Of a stretch of 56,616 bases of DNA, positions 21,400-30,644 are shown piece by piece. Both the position numbers and the translations under genes were made by a program. This stretch comes from an uncultured virus (IMG/VR IMGVR_UViG_3300008448_009815) (taxonomy: Duplodnaviria > Heunggongvirae > Uroviricota > Caudoviricetes): IMG/VR virus record IMGVR_UViG_3300008448_009815, positions 62,001-118,616 of that record; one strand, written 5' to 3'. The notes under the pieces are model-generated. The model did not search any database. It was not told where the DNA came from and saw only the letters and a list, made by a program, of their open reading frames with translations. How positions within the stretch are numbered: position 1 is the first letter of the stretch; every line of letters starts with the position of its first letter.

Positions 21400-22008
21400 A
21401 TGACTAAAACTATTAAAAATTCACCAAAAGTCCTTGGACTAGATGTCTCAACAAGAACCATTGGGTGGGCATTATTTGATATTAAAGAACAAGAATTATT
21501 AGAATTAACTCACATCTCACCAAGACCAAAAGCAAAAGACTTTGGAGATAATAAAATGATGGAGTTGTTACTTAAATCTGAAATATTCAGAACAAAATTA
21601 TCCGAATATAAAAATTTAGGGATTGTTAATGTAGTTATTGAGGAACCGTTGTTGAACTCAAATAATGTCTATACAATTCAAACTCTTTTAAGATTTAACA
21701 CATTAATATGTAAAGAAATTTATGATGCGTTAGGTATAGTTCCCGAATTTATATCAACATATAACTCAAGAAAATTTGCATTCCCTGAATTAGTACAACC
21801 TAATGATAAAGGTAAGCATGTTTTATTTGGGGGACTTCCAAAAGACATAGATAAGAAACAAATTATTTGGGATTTAGTGGCAAAAAAAGAACCTCAAATC
21901 CAATGGTTGTACACTAAAAATAACACCTTAAAGAAAGAAAATTTTGATCAAACCGATGCTTATACCTGTGTATTAGGATATATGAACTCAAAAGAAATTT
22001 GGAAATAA
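21400..22008 (+). CDS. ruvC: RuvC-like Holliday junction resolvase
   Basis: RNase H-fold acidic motifs LGLDVSTRTIGWA, VVIEEP and D.TDA. Confidence 0.75.
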   Translation: MTKTIKNSPKVLGLDVSTRTIGWALFDIKEQELLELTHISPRPKAKDFGDNKMMELLLKSEIFRTKLSEYKNLGIVNVVIEEPLLNSNNVYTIQTLLRFNTLICKEIYDALGIVPEFISTYNSRKFAFPELVQPNDKGKHVLFGGLPKDIDKKQIIWDLVAKKEPQIQWLYTKNNTLKKENFDQTDAYTCVLGYMNSKEIWK

Positions 22009-22033
22009 TATCGGTTAGATAAAGGATAATTTG

Positions 22034-22065
22034 AAATATCGTCTTTTTAGACGATATTTTTTTTT
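22034..22065 (+). terminator. Intrinsic terminator between convergent genes
   Basis: AAATATCGTCT-tttt-AGACGATATTT followed by a T run. Confidence 0.8.
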
Positions 22066-23176
22066 ATGGTGAACTCGGAGTTGGTGTTGGTGTTTGAGTC
22101 AATGTCGGAGTTGGTGTCGGAGTTAATGTAACACAAGGACAATCAATAAAAACTATATTAATGTTATTACCTACAGGTATCTTATATGATTTTACAGTAA
22201 TTGTTGAACCACCATTTATGTTTATTACTTGAGTCTCGTTATTACTACAGTTTTTAATATTAAAAGTATTTGCAGTATATAGTAAATTAGTTACTTTATA
22301 CTCACAACAAACATCAGGAGTTTGAGTTGGTGTTAATGTAGGTGTAGGTGTTGGTGTAGGTGTTGGAGTTGAACTAACAGGTGGAATACAAACAAGACAT
22401 CCTCCTTCAGAAACTAAACCATTCTCAGTGTTCAAGACTATAATATCAACACCACTAATATTATCCGCAGTACCAATGTACTCAATACAAACATCTATCT
22501 CATTCACTTCCGCCTCATATACCATACCAATTACTGGAGTACCACCTGTCGGGTTTAATATAACATCAGTGGTTGAATAAATAAATCCATTTAAACAATC
22601 TTTGAATTGTTTGCTATTTGGACATTTAATATAATCATCAAGAGTGTTAAATGTTACTAAACCTGTATAATTACATGGTCTGGTAATTTCAGGTGAAGGT
22701 GTTGGAGTTAATGTTGGAGTTGGTGTTGGAGTTGGTGTATATGTAATACCCGAAACATTAATACCGATCCCACCACAAGGGTTTGTTGAGGTTGGTGTCA
22801 TTGTTGGGGTTAATGTCGGAGTTGGTGTCGGAGTTGGAGTTTGTGTTGTGGGTACATCACAATCAAAAATCGCATCAAAATCTATTGAACAAGCAGCACT
22901 TGGTGATGGAGTTGGTGTAGGGCAAATACCCGAACTAAAAAGTTCATCACATAAATCAGGACAAGAACTTACACAAGGTGATTTACCAAATAATAAACAA
23001 TTTGGATCCCCTAAAGTTAATGCTAAACACCATTGAGTTTGTCCTGTTGAATAATAAATAGTATATGTATCTCCTGTGAAATAATCATAACCCGCATCGT
23101 AAGTACCTGCGGAAAAATATGTACCATCAAAAGATGATGAAGTACCACTTACACAATATTGACCAAAACAAGACAT
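22064..23176 (-). CDS. Cys-rich protein with multiple Pro-Thr repeats, likely virion-associated
   Basis: Several (TP)n tracts separating small Cys-rich modules. Confidence 0.65.
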   Translation of the reverse strand: MSCFGQYCVSGTSSSFDGTYFSAGTYDAGYDYFTGDTYTIYYSTGQTQWCLALTLGDPNCLLFGKSPCVSSCPDLCDELFSSGICPTPTPSPSAACSIDFDAIFDCDVPTTQTPTPTPTPTLTPTMTPTSTNPCGGIGINVSGITYTPTPTPTPTLTPTPSPEITRPCNYTGLVTFNTLDDYIKCPNSKQFKDCLNGFIYSTTDVILNPTGGTPVIGMVYEAEVNEIDVCIEYIGTADNISGVDIIVLNTENGLVSEGGCLVCIPPVSSTPTPTPTPTPTLTPTQTPDVCCEYKVTNLLYTANTFNIKNCSNNETQVININGGSTITVKSYKIPVGNNINIVFIDCPCVTLTPTPTPTLTQTPTPTPSSP

Positions 23177-23178
23177 AC

Positions 23179-23400
23179 TTAAACGGTTACGGTGTCAGTT
23201 ACAACACAATTATTATCATCCACAATTTTAACTATAAAATCAGTTAAAGATGAGTACACTGGTGGAATCTCAAAGGTATATGGTAAGTCACCACTTACGA
23301 TTGTTGATACATAAATACAACTTGTGTATCCTGTATCACATACATAAACATCAAATGGTGTTGAACCTGAAATATTATTTATTGTTATATCTGTTGGCAT
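23179..23400 (-). CDS. Small protein, paralogue of 11069..11371
   Basis: ITINNISGSTPFDVYVCD...C..VST; TATTTAT upstream on the minus strand (23419-23425). Confidence 0.65.
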   Translation of the reverse strand: MPTDITINNISGSTPFDVYVCDTGYTSCIYVSTIVSGDLPYTFEIPPVYSSLTDFIVKIVDDNNCVVTDTVTV

Positions 23401-23451
23401 TTACTATTGTTATCTTAGATAAATATAAAGGAATGTAAAAACTTGTGAAGT

Positions 23452-23480
23452 TTGATTATTCCATAATTTATGTTTATATT
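23452..23480 (+). promoter_or_regulatory. Sigma70-like promoter TTGATT-N17-TATATT
   Basis: Exact 17-nt spacer; 7 nt before the primase ATG. Confidence 0.5.
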
Positions 23481-23487
23481 ATAATTT

Positions 23488-24387
23488 ATGGATGAAAATG
23501 AATCTTTGGTTGAATTATTGGAGGATGTTTTGGGGGATCACGGATTACACTACCCAAATAGAGGACAAATATCCTTCAATTGCCCCGTATGTGACGACGA
23601 TAGAAACAAATCCAACCTTGAGGTAAATTATTTTACAAATGTTTATAAATGTTGGTCTTGTTCTGAAAGTGAGGGTACGCACGGATCTTTGGGTAAACTT
23701 TTTGATAAATACGGGAATAAAAAACATAAAAAATTATATAACATCCTTAAACCTGAAACTGTTCAGGTGAAAGAAAAGAAAAAACCTAAAGTCCAACTAC
23801 CAAAAGAGTATAAGTTATTTAAGGATGTTAATCCAAGATATCCAATTAGACAACAAGCAATAAATTACCTATATAATCGGGGAATTTCCGATTATATGAT
23901 TGAAAAATACCAAATTGGGTTCTGTGATAATGGTAGTCATTCTGGTAGGATAATTATTCCATCTTATAGTGCAAAAGGAGAACTTAACTATTACATAGGT
24001 AGAAGTTGGGATCCGTATACTAAAGCTAAATACCGAAATCCCGAAGCCGAGAAAGAAAAAATTATTTTTTGGGAAAATTTAATTGATTGGAACAAAGATA
24101 TATACCTTGTTGAAGGTGCTTTTGACGGGATTTTCTTAGAAAACTCAATACCAATGCTCGGAAAACATATGTCAGAATTATTGTTTGAATCAATATATAA
24201 TAAAGCTAAAGGTGATATTATTATTTGTTTGGATGCTGATGCGTGGGTTAACGCAGTTAAACTTTATCACGAATTAAATGGTGGAGTTCTATGGGGTAGA
24301 ATAAAAATTATCAAATTACCTGATGATAAGGATGTTTGTGATTTGAAGGGAGAAATAAATGATTATTATATTGAAATACGAGATTAA
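23488..24387 (+). CDS. dnaG: DNA primase (Zn finger + Toprim)
   Basis: CPVC...CWSC zinc finger, YL..RG, RIIIP, YYIGR, KY.NP, LVEGAFD, CLDAD. Confidence 0.85.
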   Translation: MDENESLVELLEDVLGDHGLHYPNRGQISFNCPVCDDDRNKSNLEVNYFTNVYKCWSCSESEGTHGSLGKLFDKYGNKKHKKLYNILKPETVQVKEKKKPKVQLPKEYKLFKDVNPRYPIRQQAINYLYNRGISDYMIEKYQIGFCDNGSHSGRIIIPSYSAKGELNYYIGRSWDPYTKAKYRNPEAEKEKIIFWENLIDWNKDIYLVEGAFDGIFLENSIPMLGKHMSELLFESIYNKAKGDIIICLDADAWVNAVKLYHELNGGVLWGRIKIIKLPDDKDVCDLKGEINDYYIEIRD

Positions 24388-25244
24388 TGGATTTAAAAGA
24401 AATTGCAAAGGAGATAAGAGAGATTATTGAAAACAAACAAAAGGAACTACAATTAACTTTTGAGGAAGATAGTCACACATACACAATGATTGATTCATCG
24501 GGTAACTTGAGAAGTGATTGGCCGTCAGTATCAAAAGTGATGAAGTTATTTTATACCGAATTTGACTCGGATGGAATTGCTGAAAAGAAGGCTAAAGGTG
24601 ACCCTGAAGAAAAGGCTCGTTTATTGAAAGAATGGTCAGATGCGGGAACCTATTCTACAAATATGGGTTCTAGAGTCCACTTCTTTCTTGAACAAAAATC
24701 CTTAGAAATGTTTGGAATTGAAAAGGAGGTTAGACAACCAATATTTGATTGTGATTTCACACAAATATTAAAGGGAGATTCTATGATTCATGCGGGTACT
24801 GATTTTTTGGAATTGATGAAAGAAAGGGGAGCTGTATTATTGGATACTGAAATAGTATTAGGGTGTAATGAGATTGGATATGTTGGACAACCAGATAAAT
24901 TTTGGTTAATAATGAATAGAGAAGGTACTGAATTTGGTTTAATTATTACCGATTGGAAGACAAACAAAAAGAAAAATTTTGAGGATAACATCTTTACCAA
25001 AAAAATGAAACCACCATTTCAAAGTTTGAGTGATAACGCCTTAGGGCACTACTTTACACAGTTACCGTTCTATTCAAAGTTAATATTGAAAATGTTAAAA
25101 GGTTCTAAGTATGAAAATACCAAATTATATGGTGGTATTATTGTTCATTTGAGTGATGAAGGTAAGTTTGAAGAATTTAGAGTACCTAAAGAAGTTATCA
25201 ATACTATTTTGAATATGGATATGTCAAAATACTTGAAAAAATAA
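24387..25244 (+). CDS. PD-(D/E)xK RecB-family exonuclease
   Basis: PSVS, G.RVH..LE, E..L, GQPD, DWKT and Y..QL..Y motifs. Confidence 0.75.
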   Translation: MDLKEIAKEIREIIENKQKELQLTFEEDSHTYTMIDSSGNLRSDWPSVSKVMKLFYTEFDSDGIAEKKAKGDPEEKARLLKEWSDAGTYSTNMGSRVHFFLEQKSLEMFGIEKEVRQPIFDCDFTQILKGDSMIHAGTDFLELMKERGAVLLDTEIVLGCNEIGYVGQPDKFWLIMNREGTEFGLIITDWKTNKKKNFEDNIFTKKMKPPFQSLSDNALGHYFTQLPFYSKLILKMLKGSKYENTKLYGGIIVHLSDEGKFEEFRVPKEVINTILNMDMSKYLKK

Positions 25245-25266
25245 ATTAATTTAATTATAATTAAAT

Positions 25267-25359
25267 ATGGAAAATTCAGTGGAATTAATATGGGTATATA
25301 CAACATCGTGGGATCACGAGTTACCATATAAAATAAAAATTAATTATATTATAAAATGA
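25267..25359 (+). CDS. Small hypothetical protein, 30 aa (MENSVELIWVYTTSWD...)
   Basis: Fills the gap and its stop overlaps the next ATG (ATGA). Below the ORF-track cutoff. Confidence 0.45.
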   Translation: MENSVELIWVYTTSWDHELPYKIKINYIIK

Positions 25360-25607
25360 AAATTAGAATGACAAGATCATATGAAATGTGGGAATCATAT
25401 GAACCAATTGAAATTAACCCAGAAGATTATCCTGAATTGGAAGGAATGACAAATGAAGAAATCATTGATTATTTGAATGAAAATATGTATGAATTTGAAA
25501 TTAAAGATGGTTCAGAAGGAAGTTTAGTTGATGAAATTCAGTTTGGACAAGAAATTATTAAAGATAAAATGGGTGATGAAACATTCACATTATATTTAGA
25601 AGATTAA
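25356..25607 (+). CDS. Hypothetical acidic protein
   Basis: ORF in operon. Confidence 0.6.
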   Translation: MKIRMTRSYEMWESYEPIEINPEDYPELEGMTNEEIIDYLNENMYEFEIKDGSEGSLVDEIQFGQEIIKDKMGDETFTLYLED

Positions 25608-25611
25608 AACT

Positions 25612-25827
25612 ATGGAAGATAATATTATTAGACCTAAAATTGATTTAAAACAACAAGAAACCGTTGAGTGTGAAAAATGTAAATGTAAATTCTTTAAGGA
25701 GGTTGTTTTAATTAAAAAAGTGCCTAAATTAATGACAGGAAGTTCGGAAGATACATTAGTACCATTCCCAACATATATGTGTAATGATTGTGGTCATGTG
25801 AATATTGATTTTAAATTGTTTGATTAA
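25612..25827 (+). CDS. Small zinc-ribbon protein
   Basis: CEKC...CNDCGH. Confidence 0.7.
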   Translation: MEDNIIRPKIDLKQQETVECEKCKCKFFKEVVLIKKVPKLMTGSSEDTLVPFPTYMCNDCGHVNIDFKLFD

Positions 25828-25828
25828 A

Positions 25829-26059
25829 ATGACACATAGAGAATTTTATATTTGGTTAGAAGGTTATCTTGCTGGTAAACTTGAAAATAAACATATAGAT
25901 ATTACACCTATTGTTGAAAAAATGGGTGAAGTTATTAGTGATGAACAAAAGTGGATTGATGACTTCAAAAGATATAGAGATATTAATCCATTACCAATAA
26001 AACCGAATCCGTATAACCCACCGTATGAAATTTATTGCGGTACAAAAGACACAGAATGA
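25829..26059 (+). CDS. Hypothetical protein
   Basis: MTHREFYIWLEGY start; coupled to sbcD by ATGA. Confidence 0.6.
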   Translation: MTHREFYIWLEGYLAGKLENKHIDITPIVEKMGEVISDEQKWIDDFKRYRDINPLPIKPNPYNPPYEIYCGTKDTE

Positions 26060-26835
26060 TAAAAAAAATAATACACTTTTCTGATTTACACATTCGTCTT
26101 TATAAAGATCATGATTTGTATAAGTCAATAATGGAAGATGCGATTAACCAATGGAGAGAAATCAATCCTGATAGAATTGTATTCACTGGTGATTTGGTTC
26201 ACTCTAAAAATCAAATGACTCCCGAACTTATTGAAATGGTTCGGTGGTTGCTTTTGGAATGTTCATTTATTGCACCAACAATCATTATACCTGGTAATCA
26301 CGATTTCCTTGTAAACAATGTTGAAAGATTAGACGCACTTACACCAATCATTAATTCGTTAAATAATAAAAACATTTTCTATTATAGAGATAGAGGTGTG
26401 TATGAAGATGAGAATATTAGTTGGTGTGTGTACTCGCAATATCAAGGGAATATTCCTCCTGATTTGAATGTTGCAACAGGAATAAAAGTGGGATTGTTTC
26501 ACGGACCAATTCAAGGAATGAAAACCGATTTGGGATTTGACTTTGGAGAGGAGGCGTATGATGTTGAAAAGTTCAATGGACTTGATGTTGTATTATGTGG
26601 TGATATCCATAAAAGACAAGAATTTAACTTTAAAACGGGTAAAGGTTATATGATAGGTAGCCCAATACAACAAAATATTGGTGAAAGTATTGGTAGACAT
26701 GGATATGGAGTTTATAATTTAGAAACAAAAGAATATAACTATACGGACTTATTCAACCCCAAGCCATTTTTAAAGTTTGAAATTAAATCATTTGAGGATA
26801 TTGAAAATGGAACCGAATTACTCAAAAATCTTTAA
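26056..26835 (+). CDS. sbcD: SbcD/Mre11-like metallophosphoesterase (gp47-like)
   Basis: SDLH, TGDLVH, PGNHD, LFHG, GDIH and GSP.Q motifs; near sbcC. Confidence 0.85.
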   Translation: MIKKIIHFSDLHIRLYKDHDLYKSIMEDAINQWREINPDRIVFTGDLVHSKNQMTPELIEMVRWLLLECSFIAPTIIIPGNHDFLVNNVERLDALTPIINSLNNKNIFYYRDRGVYEDENISWCVYSQYQGNIPPDLNVATGIKVGLFHGPIQGMKTDLGFDFGEEAYDVEKFNGLDVVLCGDIHKRQEFNFKTGKGYMIGSPIQQNIGESIGRHGYGVYNLETKEYNYTDLFNPKPFLKFEIKSFEDIENGTELLKNL

Positions 26836-27574
26836 TAAAAAAACAATGCAGACAGTGTCTGCATTTTGTGAATTAAACAAAATTGACGATATAGATAAAT
26901 TCATCAAAAAATGTTTTACTGATGGATTTAATATTGAAAAATACGGACTTTTGGGAGAAACACTTAATGAAGGTGAAAAAGACTTAAAAACGGATGTTGT
27001 TGAGGAAAAACAATTAATAAAAGAAGTGATTGTTGAAAAACGGGTGGAAGTTCCTATTGAGGTTATCAAAGAGGTGGAGAAAATAGTTGAGGTGGTTAGA
27101 GAAGTACCCATTGAAATTATTAAGGAAGTCCCTGTTGAAAAAGTTGTCACAAAAATAGAATATATTAGTGACAAGTCTAGTGAGAACGAATTAACGGAAA
27201 AAATTTTCCACTTAAATGAGGAATTAGAAAAAGAAAGACAAAAATTTTCCACTAAAACCGAAGAAATGGAAAATTTTTTCCAAAATGAAATGTCTAAAAA
27301 GGATGAAGAATTAGACGAACTTAGACATAATTTAGACGAACTTTTAGACAAACCTCCTGTTGAAATTATCAAGGAGGTAGAGGTAATTAAAGAAGTTGAA
27401 AATAATGAAAAGTTAAAAATGATGGGAGAAACTTTACAGAAACTTAGAAAAGAACTATCATTAAAAGACAAAAAAATTGAAGAATTAGAAGAAATAAATA
27501 AACAATTAGAATCTATGAAGGTAAGCCAAGGTGCTGTATACCTCAAAGGTTCAAACTTAACACGAAGATTATGA
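26807..27574 (+). CDS. Coiled-coil protein with VEK/EVP repeats
   Basis: VEVPIEVIKEVEKIVEV repeats followed by E/K-rich heptads. Confidence 0.65.
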   Translation: MEPNYSKIFNKKTMQTVSAFCELNKIDDIDKFIKKCFTDGFNIEKYGLLGETLNEGEKDLKTDVVEEKQLIKEVIVEKRVEVPIEVIKEVEKIVEVVREVPIEIIKEVPVEKVVTKIEYISDKSSENELTEKIFHLNEELEKERQKFSTKTEEMENFFQNEMSKKDEELDELRHNLDELLDKPPVEIIKEVEVIKEVENNEKLKMMGETLQKLRKELSLKDKKIEELEEINKQLESMKVSQGAVYLKGSNLTRRL

Positions 27575-27924
27575 TGATATTAATTTGGTTATTAGCGGCA
27601 TATGGAATGTCAAATATATTGGTTTACGGATCAATATTTCAAGGAATAAGAGATTGGTTTAAAAACACAGGTAATAGTGGAATACCAGTAATAAGTGACT
27701 TCTTTAAGTTCATATCTGATTTAGTGTCCTGCATGATGTGTACATCAACTTGGGTAGGATTTTTTATGTCATTGGTTGCGTATTCACCTTGGCATGAAAT
27801 TATAGGATTAAATCAGTACGCATCTATATTTTTTGATGGTATGTTAGCATCAGGATTTGTATGGGCGTTTAATGGTATAGTAGAATGGTTTGAAGAAAAT
27901 CGACCTAATAATAATGTTTTATAA
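27571..27924 (+). CDS. Membrane protein, DUF1360-like
   Basis: Hydrophobic helices with a CMMCTSTWVG motif. Confidence 0.6.
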   Translation: MMILIWLLAAYGMSNILVYGSIFQGIRDWFKNTGNSGIPVISDFFKFISDLVSCMMCTSTWVGFFMSLVAYSPWHEIIGLNQYASIFFDGMLASGFVWAFNGIVEWFEENRPNNNVL

Positions 27925-27934
27925 ATAAGTAAAA

Positions 27935-28213
27935 ATGGGAAAAGCAAAGAAAGAACACAGAGCGAAAGTGGTAAAAAGAAATCAGAGAATTGCCGAAGAG
28001 AAAGGTAAAATGCAAAGAGCATTTAATAAACTTCTTCAAGAACAAATGGAAAAATTCCAAGAAAACGAGGAGTTGAATGTTCAAGTGGGTGATCAACCTG
28101 TTCAGTTTAGTGTGGTTGATCCTAATGAGGTAGAAAACACCATAGACATTGAAACTGTTGGTGAAGGAACCCTTATTAAAGAAACTACCACATTTGAAGA
28201 CGAAGAACAATAA
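27935..28213 (+). CDS. Hypothetical protein with basic N-terminus and acidic C-terminus
   Basis: ORF in operon. Confidence 0.6.
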   Translation: MGKAKKEHRAKVVKRNQRIAEEKGKMQRAFNKLLQEQMEKFQENEELNVQVGDQPVQFSVVDPNEVENTIDIETVGEGTLIKETTTFEDEEQ

Positions 28214-28216
28214 TAA

Positions 28217-30592
28217 ATGGATCTGTTTAATCCACCAAAAACATTTAATTATAAAATTATGATAAAAGATTTAGAGTTTTCTAAATTTGAAAACCCACCT
28301 ATTCAAGTAGTATGGGAAGACATTTCAGAGAATTTCACACAAGATAAGATTAAGAGTGTTAAACATTACTTCCAAAAGAAGTACGGTTCCACTAATGTGA
28401 ATGTTATCACAAAAGTTAAAAACATTCAGGAAGATACTATGCAAAGTGTTGATGTGTCTGTAAACATTATGGACACAAATTATCAAACTGATTTGTTGAA
28501 ACAATTTCTTAAGTCTAAGGGGTATGAAAATCGTATTGATGAGGTTATGTCAATCAATAGAATGGTTGAGAATAAAATGTCTGAATCAGAAGATGAAACC
28601 TCATCATTTAAGAAATGGTATATCAAAAATATTGAATTCTCTAATTTCTTATCATATGGTGATAATCAGCGTATTGATTTTGATAAATGTAATGGTATTA
28701 CAGTAGTTGAATCTAATCCACCTAACTTTGGTGGTAAGACAGTATTATCGGTGGATTTATTAATGTTCCTATTCTTTAATGAGACAACAAAAACATCAAA
28801 GGCGGAAGAAATCTTTAATCGATTTACCGATAAAAACTCGGTAGTTGTAAAGGGTGAAATTATTATTGATGGTGAAGAATATATTATTGTTAGAAACATC
28901 GAAAGAAAAATGTCTAAGAAAGGTGAATGGAATGTTAAAACCGAATTAGACTTCTTCAAAAAACTTTCCGACGGTAGTTTACAAAACTTTACTGGTGAAC
29001 AAAGACGAGAAACCGAACAATTCATTAAAACATCAATCGGTTCTAAAGATGATTTCTTAATGACAATTTTAACCACCGCAACAAATCTTGAGGACCTTTT
29101 GGAATCAAAACCAACGGCAAGAGGACAGGTACTCTCAAGGTTTATGGGGTTGGAGTTTTTAAAGAAAAAAGAAGAATCTGCAAAACAAATTTATTCTGAT
29201 TTTTCTAAATCAATGTTATCTAATGTTTATAATACTGAGCAATTAAAAAGTGATAATGAACAATATGAAACTGATATTGAAAATTTTAAAACTAGTATTG
29301 ATACATTGAAAGACGAACTTAATCAAGTTGAAGTAAACTTAACAAAGGGTAAGGATTATCGTGACGATATGTTAAAAAAGAAACATACTGATATAGATAA
29401 TGATATTGCTCAAACAAACCCTGATAAGGTACAAGATGAGATTAACTCATTTGAGTATCAAAAAGGTGACATCATTAAGAAGTCAAATGAATTACAGGTA
29501 GTTGAACCATCTTCTTTTTATTATGAGGATCAACACGATAAGGTTAAAGAAGAATATAACGAAGTATTCAAGGAAAAAATCCAAGTTGAGAGTAAGATTA
29601 AATCAATTGAGGAATTAAAGAGTTCCGTTGATGGTGGAATTAAATGCGAACACTGTGGTATTGATTTAATGATGGCATCAATCACCCAATCTAAAATTGC
29701 CGAACTTGATGGTTATAATAGGCAAAAAGAGGAAAAAGAGGGGTTAATGACGGTTTTATCAGGCAAAGAACAGGCATTTGTACAACTTAAAAAAGAGTTT
29801 GATGAGTATGAGAAAAACAAACTTATTAAAGAAAAATATGATTTGAGTATTGAGAGTTATAATCTTAAAATTGAAAATTTAAAACAAAAATTAGGAAGGT
29901 ATAACGAATTGATTGAAAAAATTAAGGAAAATGAGAAGATTGAGGGTATGTTGTTAAAAGCAGGTATTAGAATTGAGGAACTTGAAAGAGAAAAGACTCA
30001 AAAACAAACACTAATCAATAATAATACTTACCAAATCACCTCGTTGGAAGATAAGATTAAAAATAATTTAAATACAATAATCAAAATTCAGGAGGAATCT
30101 GAAAAAGAAAAATTATATAAAATATATTTGGAGGCGTTCGGTAAAAATGGGATATCTAAAATCATAATGAAAACTATGATGCCGATAATAAACTCAGAAC
30201 TTCAAAGACTAATGGAGGATAGTTCATACTTCAAACTTGAAGTTAGAATTAACGATAAGAATGAAGTTGAGTTTATGATGATTGACAACGGTACTGGTGT
30301 TGAGAAATTAATGACATCAGGTTCAGGTTATGAAAAAACAATTGCATCATTGGCATTGAGATCAGTATTAAGTAAGATTTGTTCGTTACCAAAACCAAAT
30401 ATAATTGTCTTTGATGAGGTGTTCGGAAAAATATCTAACGACAATTTGGAAATGGTTTCAGAATTCTTTATTAAAATTAAAGAATATTTTGAGAAAATAT
30501 TTGTCATTACACACAACCCAATGGTTAATCAGTGGGCGGACACCATCGTTAAGATTAGAAAAGAAGATAATATTTCAAAGGTATATCAATAA
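28217..30592 (+). CDS. sbcC: SbcC/Rad50-like ATPase (gp46-like)
   Basis: IEFSNFLSYG, Walker A NFGGKT, coiled coil with CEHC zinc hook, SGYEK signature, Walker B FDEVFG, H-loop ITH. Confidence 0.9.
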   Translation: MDLFNPPKTFNYKIMIKDLEFSKFENPPIQVVWEDISENFTQDKIKSVKHYFQKKYGSTNVNVITKVKNIQEDTMQSVDVSVNIMDTNYQTDLLKQFLKSKGYENRIDEVMSINRMVENKMSESEDETSSFKKWYIKNIEFSNFLSYGDNQRIDFDKCNGITVVESNPPNFGGKTVLSVDLLMFLFFNETTKTSKAEEIFNRFTDKNSVVVKGEIIIDGEEYIIVRNIERKMSKKGEWNVKTELDFFKKLSDGSLQNFTGEQRRETEQFIKTSIGSKDDFLMTILTTATNLEDLLESKPTARGQVLSRFMGLEFLKKKEESAKQIYSDFSKSMLSNVYNTEQLKSDNEQYETDIENFKTSIDTLKDELNQVEVNLTKGKDYRDDMLKKKHTDIDNDIAQTNPDKVQDEINSFEYQKGDIIKKSNELQVVEPSSFYYEDQHDKVKEEYNEVFKEKIQVESKIKSIEELKSSVDGGIKCEHCGIDLMMASITQSKIAELDGYNRQKEEKEGLMTVLSGKEQAFVQLKKEFDEYEKNKLIKEKYDLSIESYNLKIENLKQKLGRYNELIEKIKENEKIEGMLLKAGIRIEELEREKTQKQTLINNNTYQITSLEDKIKNNLNTIIKIQEESEKEKLYKIYLEAFGKNGISKIIMKTMMPIINSELQRLMEDSSYFKLEVRINDKNEVEFMMIDNGTGVEKLMTSGSGYEKTIASLALRSVLSKICSLPKPNIIVFDEVFGKISNDNLEMVSEFFIKIKEYFEKIFVITHNPMVNQWADTIVKIRKEDNISKVYQ

Positions 30593-30644
30593 GATAGATG
30601 ACTAAGTGGATTTTTATTCTTATATTTAGGTAAATAAGTTTAAA

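Noticed and set aside
24387..25244. Cas4 or a CRISPR-Cas system
   Set aside because: No four-Cys Fe-S motif, no other cas genes and no array in the window; a generic RecB-like nuclease fits better.
26818..27546. 242-aa antisense ORF and the many other short antisense or alternate-frame ORFs in the track
   Set aside because: They are shadows of biased codon usage in real genes (mirror-image S/F/I/L-rich sequence) with no promoters or motifs.
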